Below, piece by piece: positions 42,164 to 55,407 of a DNA stretch of 64,000 nt. The notes below the pieces were generated by a model that saw only the letters and a list, made by a program, of their open reading frames with translations, made no database searches and had not been told where the DNA came from. The translations under genes were made by a program, and so were the position numbers. The first letter of the stretch is position 1. Every line of letters begins with the position of its first letter. This DNA comes from Octopus vulgaris (Eukaryota): positions 4,092,001-4,156,000 of the forward strand of contig OX597837.1 in assembly GCA_951406725.2 (NCBI GenBank), written 5' to 3'.

Positions 42164-42669
42164 CAACTTATAAATAAGAGCAAACTAAAAAATGTCTAAT
42201 GCCAAATATGCCGAAAATTGGACATAGAGTCCATTACCATATAATTTTTCACGATACGCACGCTACTGAGAAAAAAAGCCGACAGAAATTTCTAAAAATT
42301 CCATTATTACCATATCGGACCGATTTCAGGGTTAGTTTGTAAGAGCCCCCTCTTCGTCAGTGATAAATGTGCAAAGAAATAAATGAGATACTTACTCATA
42401 CCCATGGAAGAAGTAAGTATGGAAGAAATGGGTATGAGTAAGTATATCATTTATTTCTTTGCCACATTTATCACTGACGAAGGAGAGGATTCTTACGAAC
42501 TAACCCTGAAATCTGTCCGAGATGGTAATAATGAAATTTTTAAGAAATTTCTGTCGGCCTTTTTTCGAGAAGCGTGCGTTTTGTGAAAAATTATATGGTA
42601 ATGGACAATATGTCCAATTTTCGGCATATTGGGCATTAGAAATTTGTTCGTTTGCCCTTATTTATAAGT

Positions 42670-42672
<3 letters not shown>
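42164..42672. repeat. Diverged ~500-bp palindrome with degenerate hammerhead-like motifs
   Basis: Arms of ~240 bp (acaacttataaataag... / ...cttatttataagttgt) centred near 42415. CTGACGA...ccct-GAAA-tc.-GTC occurs on both arms; (TA)n on the right. Confidence 0.85.
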
Positions 42673-42712
<40 letters not shown>

Positions 42713-43621
42713 GAGATAGGGGTTGTAAATTCAACCCTCCATGGGATAACATATATCCAATATACTGCTAGAGAAGTACCCAACAAAGCTAATACATAAA
42801 TGTTAAAAATTGTGATGCAATTAATTCATCTACTGTATTATGTGGGCAAAGGTAAAATTATTTTTACCGTAAATTAATAATACAAAATGAGAAAATGGAG
42901 AAATATCTATTTCTATTTCTATGTCTTGTTATATTTGTACTATATTAATGTATAATATCATTGCTATTGTGTAATGGTTTAATAAAGTATTGATTGGGTA
43001 TTATCAGATGGTTGATGATTGATTTAGATATATTTCTCCATTTTCTCGTATACATGCATACATACATTATTATTTATGTGGAGGATATATGAGTACGTCA
43101 GTATAAGCGTGGCAGTATGATGTGCCAGCTTGTACCACATGTTCGTTACTCGTCTTTGATACGTTTACAATCACAAATATCAAGCTGAACAAACGGCTCG
43201 AAACAGATCCCGCGACGTTCGGTGTATTCTACTCGTCCAAGGGATTAATCCGTATTTTATCAACATGGGAAACGTTATTTGTAACCTCATATTCGAAATG
43301 GCTGTAATAGGGTTTAAAGAATTAAACCGATATTTTTAACAGGACAGGTAAAAAAAAATCCAATTAGTTAATTGTAAAAAAGTGCGCTGCTATATTTTTC
43401 GCTGACTCACACGTAAATATAGGTCGAGTGTAATTAAATTTGTTGACAATTTAACATAATTCTCAAAGGTTTTCATATATTTTGGAAATTCAATTTTAAG
43501 ATTGACAAGTAACTCTAGTTAAAAATAACGTATACTTCATATATATGCAATAATTGGTTTTCCAATTAATGTTTGAATGGTATTTTTTTCAATTATTCAT
43601 ATACACATTATCATACCCACG

Positions 43622-43684
<63 letters not shown>

Positions 43685-43687
<3 letters not shown>

Positions 43688-44109
43688 ATAAATATTAGGG
43701 AATAAATCCAAATTTACAGGGAAAAATCAGATTTAGGATTGAATCCAATTTTATAGTAAAATATTATATTATATTAAATTAGAGACAAAACCACTATTAT
43801 GCAAATCAAACAAAGAAAGACATAAGCCAATACATAAAATAATTTATATAAATTAAATTTAATTAAAATAACCACTACGATCGTTTCGTGTCAGCACTTC
43901 TATGAGACATTCTTCAGGTGGTTTCAAAACCTTCTTTAAGACTTGCAAAGAAGGTTTTGAAACCACCTGAAGAATGTCTCATAGAAGTGCTGACACGAAA
44001 CGATCGTAGTGGTTATTTTGATTAAATTTAATTTATATAAATTATTTTATGTATTGGCTTAAGTCTTTCTTTGTTTGATTTGCATAATAGTGGTTTTGTC
44101 TCTAATTTA

Positions 44110-44118
<9 letters not shown>
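43685..44118. mobile_element. (TA)n-embedded palindromic element carrying hammerhead motifs, copy B
   Basis: Same 5' block (aataaatattagggaataaatccaaatttacaggg...). Arms at ~43766-43937 and 43947-44118 with a 9-nt spacer. Confidence 0.8.
43961..44014 (+). ncRNA. Minimal type-I hammerhead ribozyme motif (mirror copy 43870-43923 on -)
   Basis: aaccac-CTGAAGA-a-tgtc...gaca-c-GAAA-cgatc-GTA-gtggtt: 6-bp stem I, palindromic stem III ACGATCGT. Confidence 0.78.
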
Positions 44119-44148
<30 letters not shown>

Positions 44149-44355
44149 GACCGCATGTGTATCGTTGAAGATTTTCTTTCTCCGTCTTTCTTCATTTGGA
44201 CTTTTTCTATATTTCTAACGAAGAGCTCCGCTCAATACGTGAAATCCTCTATATTTTCTTTCCTTTCCTGAGCGTCCAATAACACTGTACTTATTCCACG
44301 TCCTCGCTCTGTTGTTTTTTCTTGCATGTTCTTGTTTGGATTGACTACATATATG

Positions 44356-44405
<50 letters not shown>

Positions 44406-44586
44406 CATGCATAAATATATATATATATCTACTGGCCAGATCGGAGTAATCTCAAGATTAATCAGCCGAAATTGCGAAGATGATCCGGTTCTTGACTGAA
44501 GATTGCAGGCTTCGAATGTCCCGTCCGTGTTTTTTGTATCGTCTTCTAAATGTTTTACGTTCTTGTCCCAGTTTGTATTTTTTTAC

Positions 44587-44667
<81 letters not shown>

Positions 44668-45839
44668 ACAATAAGTTGAACAATGCAGTTTAAATATTTC
44701 ATACAAACAAATGTCATTATTTTGGTTTTGATGTATGTAGAGAATTTATCCTTCTATGTCCGTAGAGAGTTGGTTTCTTTTTCTGTTTTCTTTATATGTA
44801 TCGATAAGTATATGCATGTGTGTAAATGAATGATGGGGTGTATATGTGGATTAGAGAAGATATATCTTGTCTAATGTTTTGATTTGGCTCGTTGTTCGTA
44901 TGTGGCGTATTTCTTTTGTATTGTATTACTTTGTTTTTATCGTATGTATATATATATTTAAATGTTTTTTTTCGTTGACGGTATCGAGTTGGTTTGGTTT
45001 TTTTCGTTTGGTCTCTATAACTAAAAAGACAGTTATCTCCCCTGTATTCTGATAGATTTTAAGTCAGAGTCATAGTTTAACCCGTTTTATTTAGATAATT
45101 CATTTATTTAGATTCGAATTAATATATAAAATGATATTTTCCCATATATAGTTACATGTTTGTAAGAATTGTATATGTATGCATATTCTATATATATATA
45201 TATATATATTGATGAATAACTAAACTTGTGTATGTGAATATGCATGTGTGTATACGTAGGTGTATGTGTGTGTATGCATGCATTAATGATTGGTGTCTGT
45301 GTGTACATATAAGTACATATAAATTTGTATATATGAATGTGTGTATTGTGCAATGAAATCGGTTATAGAAATGGATAGCTATAGAGTTAAATTTAGGAAT
45401 TTAAATAATTTCAGTTAGATTATTTACTTATTTATGATTAAGCTTGCCCTCAAAATGCGTTTTTACAGAAGTCTTAGAAGTTATAAATATTTTCAATTGA
45501 AATGTTTCACGAAATATTCAAGGACATATGTCAATGTGATGAATCATCATTACATATTTAACCGGATTTGATTACCTTGAAAAACTTCGTTTTCTTAATG
45601 AAGCGAAAATAAGTGTAATTTATGAGATATGTCATTTGTTTGTATAAAATATTTAAATTGAATTTATAATTGTTCAATTTATTCTTTTGTTTTTCAATTC
45701 TTGTTTATATTTACATATCAATAAACTGTTTAGTTTTCTTTACACCTATTGGAATAACATTGTTATCGATATTGGTAATAACAACCAGTAAATTCGTCGG
45801 ATATTTGATATCCCTAAGTTGATTTTTACACCTAGCGAA

Positions 45840-45900
<61 letters not shown>

Positions 45901-45902
<2 letters not shown>

Positions 45903-46283
45903 CGTAGGAGTGGCTGTGTGTTAAGTAGCTTGCTTACGAACCACATAGTTCCGGGTTCAGTCCCACTACGTGGCACCTTGGGCAAGTGTCTTCTACTGTA
46001 ACCTCGGCCCGACGAAAGCCTTTTGAGTCGACTTCTTAGAGGAAATACATATATATGTAGGTGTATGTATATGTTTGTGTGTCTGTGTTTGTTCCCCCAA
46101 CATCGTTTTACAGCCGATGCTGGTGTGTTTACGTCCCCGTAACTTAGCGGTTCGGCAAAAGAGATCGATAGAATAAGTACTAGGCTTACAAAGAATTAGC
46201 CCTGGGGTCGATTTGCTCGACTAAAGGCAGTAATTCAGCATGGCCACAGTCAAATGACTGAAACAAGTAAAAGAGTAACAGAG
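45901..46283 (+). mobile_element. SINE family A, full length
   Basis: Same consensus as other copies; begins directly after (TA)n. Confidence 0.85.
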
Positions 46284-46292
46284 TTTATATGA

Positions 46293-46597
46293 AGGCGCAT
46301 GGCTCAGTGGTTAGAGCGTCGAGCTTACGATCGTAGGTTGTGAGCTCGAATACCGGGCTGCGTGTTGTGTTCTTGAGCAAGACACTTTATTTCACGTTGC
46401 TAGTTCACTCAGCTGTAGAAATATACGTCACAGGTGCCAATATCGACCTTTGTCTTTCCCTTGGATAACACCGGTGGCGTAGGCCGGTATGCATGGGCGA
46501 CTACTGGTCTTCCATAAAACAACCTTGCCCAGACTTGTGCCTCAGAGGGTAACTCTCTAGGTGCAAACCCATGGTCACTCATGACCGAAGGGGTCTT

Positions 46598-46602
<5 letters not shown>
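46293..46602 (+). mobile_element. Further tRNA-derived SINE
   Basis: GGCGCATGGCTCAGTGGTTAGAGCGTCG (A box), GAGCTCGAATACC (B-box like) and GTTCTTGAGCAAGACACTTTA core. Confidence 0.65.
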
Positions 46603-46641
<39 letters not shown>

Positions 46642-46645
<4 letters not shown>

Positions 46646-47750
46646 ACGGTTTGGCTAAATGCAGTTCTTGGTGACCCACTTTGGAATGGTGGCGCCGGCA
46701 CGTCTGGAAGAAAAGTAACAGTCCTTTGTTTACTGGGAGATTAATGGGGTTTGGAGGGACCTTGTGACCTTGTGCCGGTCGAGAAGGGGTCAGAGAGAAT
46801 GTGAAAGAGGAAGACAGAATAAGGGCTGAGAACAGATAGAGAGGATATTGGTAGTGAGAAAAAGATAGAGTAAGGAATCTAAGAGCAGATGGAGAGGATA
46901 TTGGCAGTGAGAGAGGATGAGGGGCGATAGAGATAGGCAGTAGGGGACCAGGGCAGTTAGAGAGGGTATGAGCGGTAGAGACAGAGGGAGATGAGGGAGT
47001 GGAAGTCAGGACAAGGAGGTGAGGTTTTGGGCAGTTGGTAGTCGGTCGTCAAGGAACACAGACGGATCTTGGAAGTTGGAATTTTAGGAGCAAGTTCGGA
47101 TGCAAGAGCTTGGCGGCACAGAAAGGAATATGTACAGAGGAATTGGCGGTACGGAGAGATGAGGTGCAATATGGGACACTGGCGATTCAATTAGGAATTA
47201 AGGTATTTGATTATGTATTGATACGTGTCACGATGTAAAGAGACAGTGAAAAGAATTGGTGTATTGAACAGTGAAAAGAACAGTAAAGGACTTGTTGATG
47301 TGACGTTATCTGTGATGTGTTTTGCAAAAGAACTGTGAACGTTATCTGTTGAAGTGATTTGAAATAGAACTGTTGTCTCCGGACGTGAACTTTGAATTGT
47401 ACTCTTGAATTGTTGTTGTTATTATGCTTTGATCTGTTGTATGATGTATTGAGTTGTCACGTGCATGTTCTCCTTTAAATGTTTGCCTTAAATGCTTTGA
47501 TGTTGTAACCATTGATTGTCGTATAAACTAGTTGTTAAATGTAAGCCAGTGTTGCCTCTGTTGCCTTGCCTCTTTTGGTGTCTCTCTCGGTTGCCTCTCT
47601 GTGTCTCTGTTGCCTTGCTGCGGTTGTGTCTCTCTCTCTCTCCTCTCTCCGACGAGTTTCCGTAGCTTATTCGCTGTATCGAACGGGCCTGTGTGTGAGG
47701 ATTTCCGTAACAGTTCGAATCGCGGAGGTCCCACCCTGTGTGTCGTAACA
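46642..47750. mobile_element. Probable solo LTR inserted in (TA)n
   Basis: 1.1-kb island bounded by inverted TGTTACG...CGTAACA (TG..CA), non-coding, with (TA)n on both flanks. Confidence 0.7.
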
Positions 47751-47839
47751 ATATATATATATATGCGCGAACACGCTATTTTTAAGATAGCGTATTTTAC
47801 ATTGTATCTCATATATATACGTAAGTATACATATAGAAT

Positions 47840-48960
47840 GCAGTAATTAAGAATGGCATAGAAAAGTCTTCTCATCTGATATGGAGTAGCTGAAATACTT
47901 GCAAGATACCCTAGTCCGATAGTATTCACGGTCATCATGTGCTAAGCTCAGTTTCATTGCAGCGTCTTTGTAACTATGGCCAACTACACCGTTTTCATAT
48001 CTTCGAATAATGTATGTAGATTGGGGAATATGATATAGTAAAGCTCTCAGATAGTATCGCTCTTGCTGCTGAAACAAAGTGGATATTCTTTTTTCGGAGA
48101 TGCCACAATTTCTCACAATTATTCCATCTCTAAAATTCAGTGAAAGCGGTAGAGAGTAAAGCTGGTGATTCCCGGTTAACTCGCATTCATTCAGTGAGAA
48201 TGAACCTGCCATGTGTGTGGATAACCTCTTCAATATCGTCATCGTCATTAAGGTAAATATATTGCTGTTGGGGTAAATGAATTGTAAACCGTTAGACTGC
48301 AGGATATGAGTCATGTAATTTAAACCCTAAAATCCTCCAGACTGCTTCTGATGAGGATACACAGGGGCCATTCATATAATTTTCAATTTCATCTTTGTGT
48401 CTTTGCCGTACACTGGTTTGTCCACAAATGTTGACTGTCACTTTTATGAATATATTTGCTAAAATATTTAACTGATTTTATAGACGCACATATGTCTACA
48501 TTAAAATGACCTCCATATTTGACTAAAAAGAAGGGAGAATATGGTACTACTGGACGAATATCTAATTCAACATTGTAAATGTAAAATCATTATTTCGACG
48601 CCGGTAAAGTGGATGGCCATCATAACTGTATAATATATTTTCTTGAAAGTTTTTAAGGATTATATAATTCTCTCCCTGATAATAAACTACAGTTTTTTTC
48701 TGTAGGAATGTTGTTGCTCGACAACACACGTAGGTGCGTGAGGGAGAATACGAAGCCTCATTCGTATGTTTTGAATTCGTTGGCACTGGATGTTGGATAT
48801 AGTTTGTCTGATGTTACTTGAATCAGCTAGTTATGCTCAATTTTTTCAATGCTCTCTAATTGAAAATCGTGAAATCTTGTGCTGAGGAAGGGAATGGTAG
48901 AGTGAAGATGTAATTCTTGCATCTCCATATCTATCTACCTCAGAAACACGTCCACAAGCA
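47840..48960 (-). pseudogene. Helitron Rep/helicase relic
   Basis: Remnants DGHPLYRRR, PYSPFFLVKYGGHFNVDICASIKSVKYFSKYIHK and QERYYLRALLYHIP...NGVVGHSYKDAAMKLSLAHDDREY are typical of Helitron RepHel. Many frameshifts. Confidence 0.82.
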
Positions 48961-49159
48961 ATCAAATGCCGAGTGCATTTTCGTTGTTTTTCCTCTATGC
49001 CTACGTGAATTGTTTTGGGGTATACGTTATCTGAGATATTCTTCGTATAGTAGAAGAAATAGCTAAGTTATTTGGCTGCTATTTCTAAAAGTTCGGTATG
49101 TGGCAAAGTAAATTCTTTTTGCTGAGCCCTAATTATAATTATACTCATAATTATAAAAA

Positions 49160-49190
<31 letters not shown>

Positions 49191-49450
49191 TCGTTAGCGC
49201 CAGCCATACGAGCATCAACAATTTGATCTCTTTGAAAGTTCTATAAATGTGTCATTTTAATGAATTTTAATTAACTTTTCCTGATGATATTTGAAAAGAA
49301 ACACCAATTTTAGCAAAACATATTAAGTTAAGCAACACTAATGATAAATCAAAAAATATAGAAAATAAACAGGCTTTTGACGGTTTTATAGATATTTCAA
49401 AATTATGATGCTACGATGGTAGGTGCTTCCATTATTTTGTCCAACCCCTG

Positions 49451-49494
<44 letters not shown>

Positions 49495-49680
49495 TATATA
49501 GATAGATAGCTACACACACAATCTCATACACTTATATACCATTATAAATATTTGATATGTGCGCTTCATATCGCTGATAAACTTCATTACACATATATAC
49601 ATGACTTCTTAACTATAACTGCACACATAGCAACCTGTAGTGGTCAAATACAACTAAGTCTACCTGAACGCACCCACACA

Positions 49681-49725
<45 letters not shown>

Positions 49726-50771
49726 ATGCAAACATATATATATATATATGTAAAGTCAATAGGACAGGTAAACAGGACAGGATGGGACATATATATACAA
49801 ACGACACCGATAGAATAAGTACTAGGCTCTAAATATTAATCTTGAGATCAAATTGTTCGGCAAAAACATTTCAAAGCAGTGCTCCAGCATAACCGCATTC
49901 AAACGACTGAAACAAGTAACGTGATAAAGAGGAAAAGTAATAAAAGAAGCTCGTAAAATCCGTTCGTTATCATGGTCGTTGTTTAATGAATGCCACCATA
50001 TTGCAATATATTCGCATATCAAGATAATATCATGTGATAGTTGCTAATTAACTGAAAACTCATATACGAAGAAGCAAATTAACGCTCGTTTTTGTCTAAC
50101 CGAGAAGAAACAGAAGATATTTGAAATAATATGTTGCAAAGTTTAATTTCCAATTTAGATATCGTTTATGAGAATTTTACGTTGAATATTTCATGAAATT
50201 ATGGAGTCATATTGAAGGAAATGTTATTATATTTTATTATATTTGATATTAGGAAATTGCATCTTCTTTTAAATAAACAAATATTCATTTATATATGATA
50301 ATCGTTGCTGTTAGAATCAAAACACATATACATGCATAATTACTGAAATATATATATGCATGAATACACGCATTCATATACACAGGCGCAAACACACAAC
50401 CACAGACAAATATACATACACACATACATACATAGATACATACGCATATACATACATAAATAAATACATATATATATATACATATATATGTATATACACA
50501 TCAGTGAATCCACTTAGCGGATAAATAAGCGATTCAATAAAAAGTCATAAAAGAGTTTACATATGTCTAATAAGGAATCATTATTAATCCCTTATGTATA
50601 CACGCATACACAAACACAAAAACAAATGCACATTAATACATACACACATATATATATACACGTATATACATACACGCACACACACAAATAAATATTTAAT
50701 TATATTTGTATTATAGCTAGCTGTCTACTTATCTATTTAGCTATCTTTAGGTTTGTCTGTTTATGCATAAG

Positions 50772-50803
<32 letters not shown>

Positions 50804-50883
50804 AGTATATATATTATACGTGTATATGTATCATATATATGTTTATATGTAAATATGCATATGTATAGATATGTTGTGTGTGC

Positions 50884-50938
<55 letters not shown>

Positions 50939-51577
50939 AACGCATTCACACCACACGACGTACATTCACATTTCCAACGTACGAAGGTGCGTACTTCTTA
51001 GTGCTCACAATTGCACATACACACACATCTATACAAATGTGTGTGCATTGTGGGTACGCCTACCTTTCTTAAGTATGTAAGAAGTTTTCTCTAGATCAAT
51101 TTCTGTTTGTTTCAATTGTTGTATTATTCTTCAAGCATATCTACGTAAAGAAAACCAAGAAACTCTCTGAATGGGTGCAGAATAGCGAAATTAATATACA
51201 AAATTTATATGTAATATATTTATAGAATTATTCTGAAGCTAGCTGGAAGCAAATCATTGCGTTTAATTCCACATCATAACTGATTAACAAAGATTTTTAT
51301 TTCACTCGAAAATCTTATATATGAGAGCGTCCATGAGAATTTGTTTCAATATTAATTTTATATATTACTTTCGAGACTCATTATTAAAGACAGTAATTGC
51401 TTTGTTGCAATTGACTGTTTCTATGGATTAGTCTGCGAGTATAGATATAGTTCTGCGATGGGAGTGGTCACAATCGTTCATGTAAGCTGAAGAGAATATA
51501 TATACGGATGGAATGTGAAGTAGGGGCAGTGGGAAATGTATGGAGAAGAAGGTGCAGAAATTGATGTATAGTAAACA

Positions 51578-51916
51578 GAGTGTATGGATGAATGTATGGT
51601 CAGAGATGTACCGGGGTAGATGTATACTGAAGTGGTTGAAGCGTTGGGTGTAATGGCTGCAGGAATGCTGTATCCAGAAATTATGTGGTCGAGTGTTTTT
51701 GGATGGTCTCTGCATATACGGCACAAATGGTTGCTTCCACGTTTTAGGACATTAATCTGGTTATTCCAAGTAAACACTGTGTATGGATGAATGTATGGTC
51801 AGACGTGTACCGGTACCGGGGTAGGTGTATGCAGCACCCAGGAATGCAGCACCCAGAAATTATGTGGCCGATTGTCTTTGGATGGTCTCTATATATACGG
51901 TACAAATGGTCGCTTC
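51578..51916 (-). mobile_element. Duplicated relic of an RLE-type LINE zinc-finger region
   Basis: CRICRDHPKTLDHIISG (CCHC-type remnant), in a direct duplication at ~51578-51737 and 51777-51916. Confidence 0.5.
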
Positions 51917-52104
51917 GATACGTAAACTATAGTTATAGCAGCATAGAGTACACCATTTAAGAATGTGACTTATAGTTCGTTTTCATTTATGATGGATTTA
52001 AGGGCTGATTTTACCTTGTAGGTTATTTTGTAATTTTTCTTTTCACTACCGTGATTCTTAGAAATGTCACTTGATCCATTCAGAAAATATTTACTGTTCA
52101 AGTT

Positions 52105-52392
52105 CTGTCATCTCACTTGTCTTATTATCAACATTATTGATTTCTGAACTTGTCTTTTATTCAACATTTTTATTCCCGAACCTGTCTTGTTGTCAACATT
52201 ATAGGTTTCCGTACTTGTTTGTTATCGACATTATTTAGTACTGATCTTGCCGTATTATCAACATTTTTGTTTTTAAACTCGTTTTGTTATCAGCGATATT
52301 TCTGAACTTCTTTTGTTATCAGCATTATTTATTTTCTAACTTGTTTTGTTCTCAACATTATCTGTTTCTAATCTTGCCTTGTTATCAGCATC
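52105..52392. repeat. Degenerate ~31-bp minisatellite
   Basis: About nine units of aacttgtcttgttatcaacattattt..ttct. Confidence 0.75.
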
Positions 52393-52639
52393 ACACACAC
52401 ACACACGCACACACACGCACACACACAAACACACACACACAAACACACATACACATGCACATACACACATACATGCACTCACTATCCGTCCTCAAAATTA
52501 ACGCACAAGGTATTGGCCGGCTCTGAGCGTCCAAGTTGCGGCGCAGTGAGACTGAACCTGAAACCATGTGGTTGCAACGAGAGCTTCTTAACCACAAAGC
52601 TATGCATACGCCTTTCATAATATATACTTTATGTTTTTA

Positions 52640-52781
52640 GGTGGACTTTGCCTTTCATCCTTTCGGGGTCGATAAATTAAGTACCAGTTACGCACTGGGG
52701 TCGATGTAATTGACTTAATCCTTTTGTCTGCCCTTGTTTGTCCCCTCTGTGTTTAGCTCCTTGTGGGTAGTAAAGAAATAT
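52640..52781 (+). mobile_element. SINE family B, 3' half
   Basis: Central domain and tail. More degenerate copies lie at ~8996-9135, 18645-18775, 26735-26885 and 55905-56087. Confidence 0.8.
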
Positions 52782-52850
52782 ATACTTTAGTTTTTTTTTA
52801 AAGGAAAAAAGCTTATACGAAAAAATATATAAAAGAAATGGTGGTCGAAC

Positions 52851-53093
52851 CTGCAGTGAGAATAATGTTGTTGATAATTTCGATGGGTACAGGTTTTGAA
52901 GAGATGAATCGACAACTTCTTCTGGCATTCATTGTTTGGTAAAAGTTCTTTGATTTCTTCAGCATTTCCTCCTCTGAATAAATCTCCGGGCTGAACGGCA
53001 TCTGCGGGACGAGATCTTCAACAGGAACCAAAATCTTCGCATCGTGATCATCTGCTATTGTTTCGTCATATATGTCTTCAGAATTATTTTCCG
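52851..53093 (-). CDS. IYD: Iodotyrosine deiodinase, first well-supported coding exon (acidic linker plus FMN-binding RRSxRF motif)
   Basis: Acceptor ccttcttcatgttgcag|CG and donor GCAG|gttcga, phase 1/1. Translates ENNSEDIYDETIADDHDAKILVPVEDLVPQMPFSPEIYSEEEMLKKSKNFYQTMNARRSCRFISSKPVPIEIINNIILTA(G), matching the IYD 'FY..MN.RRSVRF.S...VP..VI..VI.TAG' pattern. Confidence 0.93.
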
Positions 53094-53230
53094 CTGCAAC
53101 ATGAAGAAGGAATTCTCGCGTTTGAGTTCTTTTTCATTTTGAATATTTTGTTTAGTCGAATACTAAATAAATAAATAAATGAATAAATATAAATGGACAA
53201 AACAATAAAAAAAAGACACAGGACTTCTTG

Positions 53231-53620
53231 TACCCTCTGTGTGAAAAGTCTGGCTGCATCCGAAAAAATATATTATGAAACAAAAATAAACACAAAATTT
53301 ATCACATGAATCTGTTATCACCGCGACAGTCAACTATTTGACGCCGAACACGAGTTTGATGTTGAATACATCCACGAATTTTCCGCTCAGATAGCTCTTC
53401 CCAAGACTGCAAGACGGCTTCGTGCAATTCATGCCTCGTTGTAGGGTTTTTCAGTTCAACTTTATCGGCCAAAACTAAAGTTAATAATGATTCTGCTAAT
53501 TCCACGTGTAAACATGTGTTGAGTAGAACTCACTGAGTAAATCTTAATTAACTGTGTTGTCAATTGTATGCACCTGACATATACTAACGTGTATGCAGCC
53601 AGACTTTCCACACAGGATAT
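53231..53620 (-). mobile_element. Deleted Tc1-like element
   Basis: Inverted ends ctgtgtgaaaagtctggctgcat / atgcagccagactttccacacag. Remnant KNPTTRHELHEAVLQSWEELSERKIRGCI...RRQIVDCRG resembles a Tc1 transposase C-terminus. Confidence 0.7.
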
Positions 53621-54472
53621 TTTATTAAATACAATGGTTAGAGAATTCCTTCAGCGTATTTGTCATAACAGAGGCTTCATATCAGAGCAATGGCTACGAA
53701 TAGTAAAACAAACTGAGTTTACAAAATTTTCAAAACGCAGCTTTTTCTTTCAGGCAAAAAAGATTTTGATTCGAACGTTGACTCTGAGAAAGAGTTCGTT
53801 CTTTCTCTACCCGTTCAGCAAAGAACTACAAATGTCATTATGAAAATTATCTCCATACCGCAAATTGAATTTAAATGCTTGAAGAAAATTCTCCCCTAAT
53901 AAATGATGCCAAAATTTAAAAGAGTCGAATTAGAAAATTGTTAAGATCTAATGGACTTGAAGGAGGATTACTTAATGTTGTGCGAGCTGCGTTGGATTAG
54001 CCATACAAGTGCAACAATCTTCTGTCGGTTTATCATCCATTTAGAGGCATGCACTACATTAAAAAATTTATAAACAATTTAAATTAAAATACGTTAATGG
54101 AAAATGCAACTGAAATCAACGAAATTCCCCTGCTCACCCCCCCCCCAAAAAAAAAATGACAGATTAGTAGAAACAATATTCGTAATACAGTATTTAGGTA
54201 AACCAAAAATTCCACAACAATTACCATTTCCAAATAACTGATTGATAATGTTCAATCTATCAGTCGAAAATTCAAATTTCAGCTGTCACATGTAAACCAA
54301 CATCAACATAACCACATCCTGAAGATGTGACCACGAAATTCTAGAACAACTAAGAACAGGTGTTTACGGACTTTACTGTTCTGTATAAACTGAAACAAAC
54401 AAATACAGCTCGGTTTTGCTATCAGTATACCACCAACTGGTATGTATGTTTGTTTCTAATATATACATTTTT

Positions 54473-54996
54473 ACTCTTTTATTCTTTTACCTGTTTCAGT
54501 CATTTGACGGCGGCCATGCTGGAGTACCGCCCTTAGTCGAACAAATCGACCACAGAACTTATTCTTTATCAGCCTAGTATTTATTCTATCGGTGTCTTTT
54601 GCTTGCAAACCACATGGTTCCGGGTTCAGTCCCACTGAGTGTCATCTTGGGCAAGTGTCTTCTACTCTAGCCACGGGCCGACCAAAGCCTTGTGAGTGGA
54701 TGTGATTGACGGAAACTGAAAGAAGCCCGTCGTATATATGTATATATATGTGTGTGTGTATGTGTGTATCTTTGTGTGTCTGTTTTTGCCCCTTCCCCCA
54801 GCATCGCTTGGCAATCGATGCTGGTGCGTTTACGTCCCCGTAACTTAGCGGTTCGGCAAAAGAGCCCGACAGAATAAATATTAGGCTTACAAAGAATAAG
54901 TCCTGGTGTCGATTTGCTCGACTAAAGGCGGTGCTCCAGCATGGCCACAGTCAAATGACTGAAACAAGTAAAAGAGTAAAGAGTAAAAGAGAGTAA
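54473..54996. mobile_element. SINE family A: inverted tail fragment plus near-full + copy
   Basis: 54473-54600 is a tail on the minus strand; 54601-54996 is a plus-strand copy. Confidence 0.82.
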
Positions 54997-55356
54997 ATTT
55001 AGACATAATTTAAAGAATGAATACGTGATTAAAAACTTGCTTTGAAAACACGTGGTCCCTTGAAGGTGTTACCCCAGCGTGTCCGCAATCCTGTGATTTT
55101 AAACAAGTTAAAGAAATAACATAAAAGTTACATACAATACAGTCTTTGCTGTTTTTCTTTTTATACATCAATATTTCTAATGATGACTCCGGAAGCAGAC
55201 TCATGTTATAATAGCCATCTTATTTTCAACAGACGAAACACTTCGACGTTTACCGTTTTCCTGAAATATGTGCTACATTCGTCAACTCGATGTAGTTTTA
55301 TCGCAGTTAACCGGGTCCTGGAATTTTCCCAAATATTTTGAGATGCAGCACGGATT

Positions 55357-55407
55357 TTTGTCAGTGAACAGGTCGCGGTCTTAAAGCGACGAAAATATTT
55401 TGACAAA
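55357..55407 (+). ncRNA. Hammerhead-like motif with G3-C8 core variant
   Basis: tttgtca-GTGAACA-g-gtcgc...gcgac-GAAA-ata-TTT-tgacaaa: 7-bp stem I, 5-bp stem II, palindromic stem III AATATT. Confidence 0.55.

Noticed and set aside
52105-52392. Regularly spaced repeats resembling a CRISPR array
   Set aside because: Units are contiguous degenerate tandem repeats without unique spacers, in a eukaryotic context with no cas genes.
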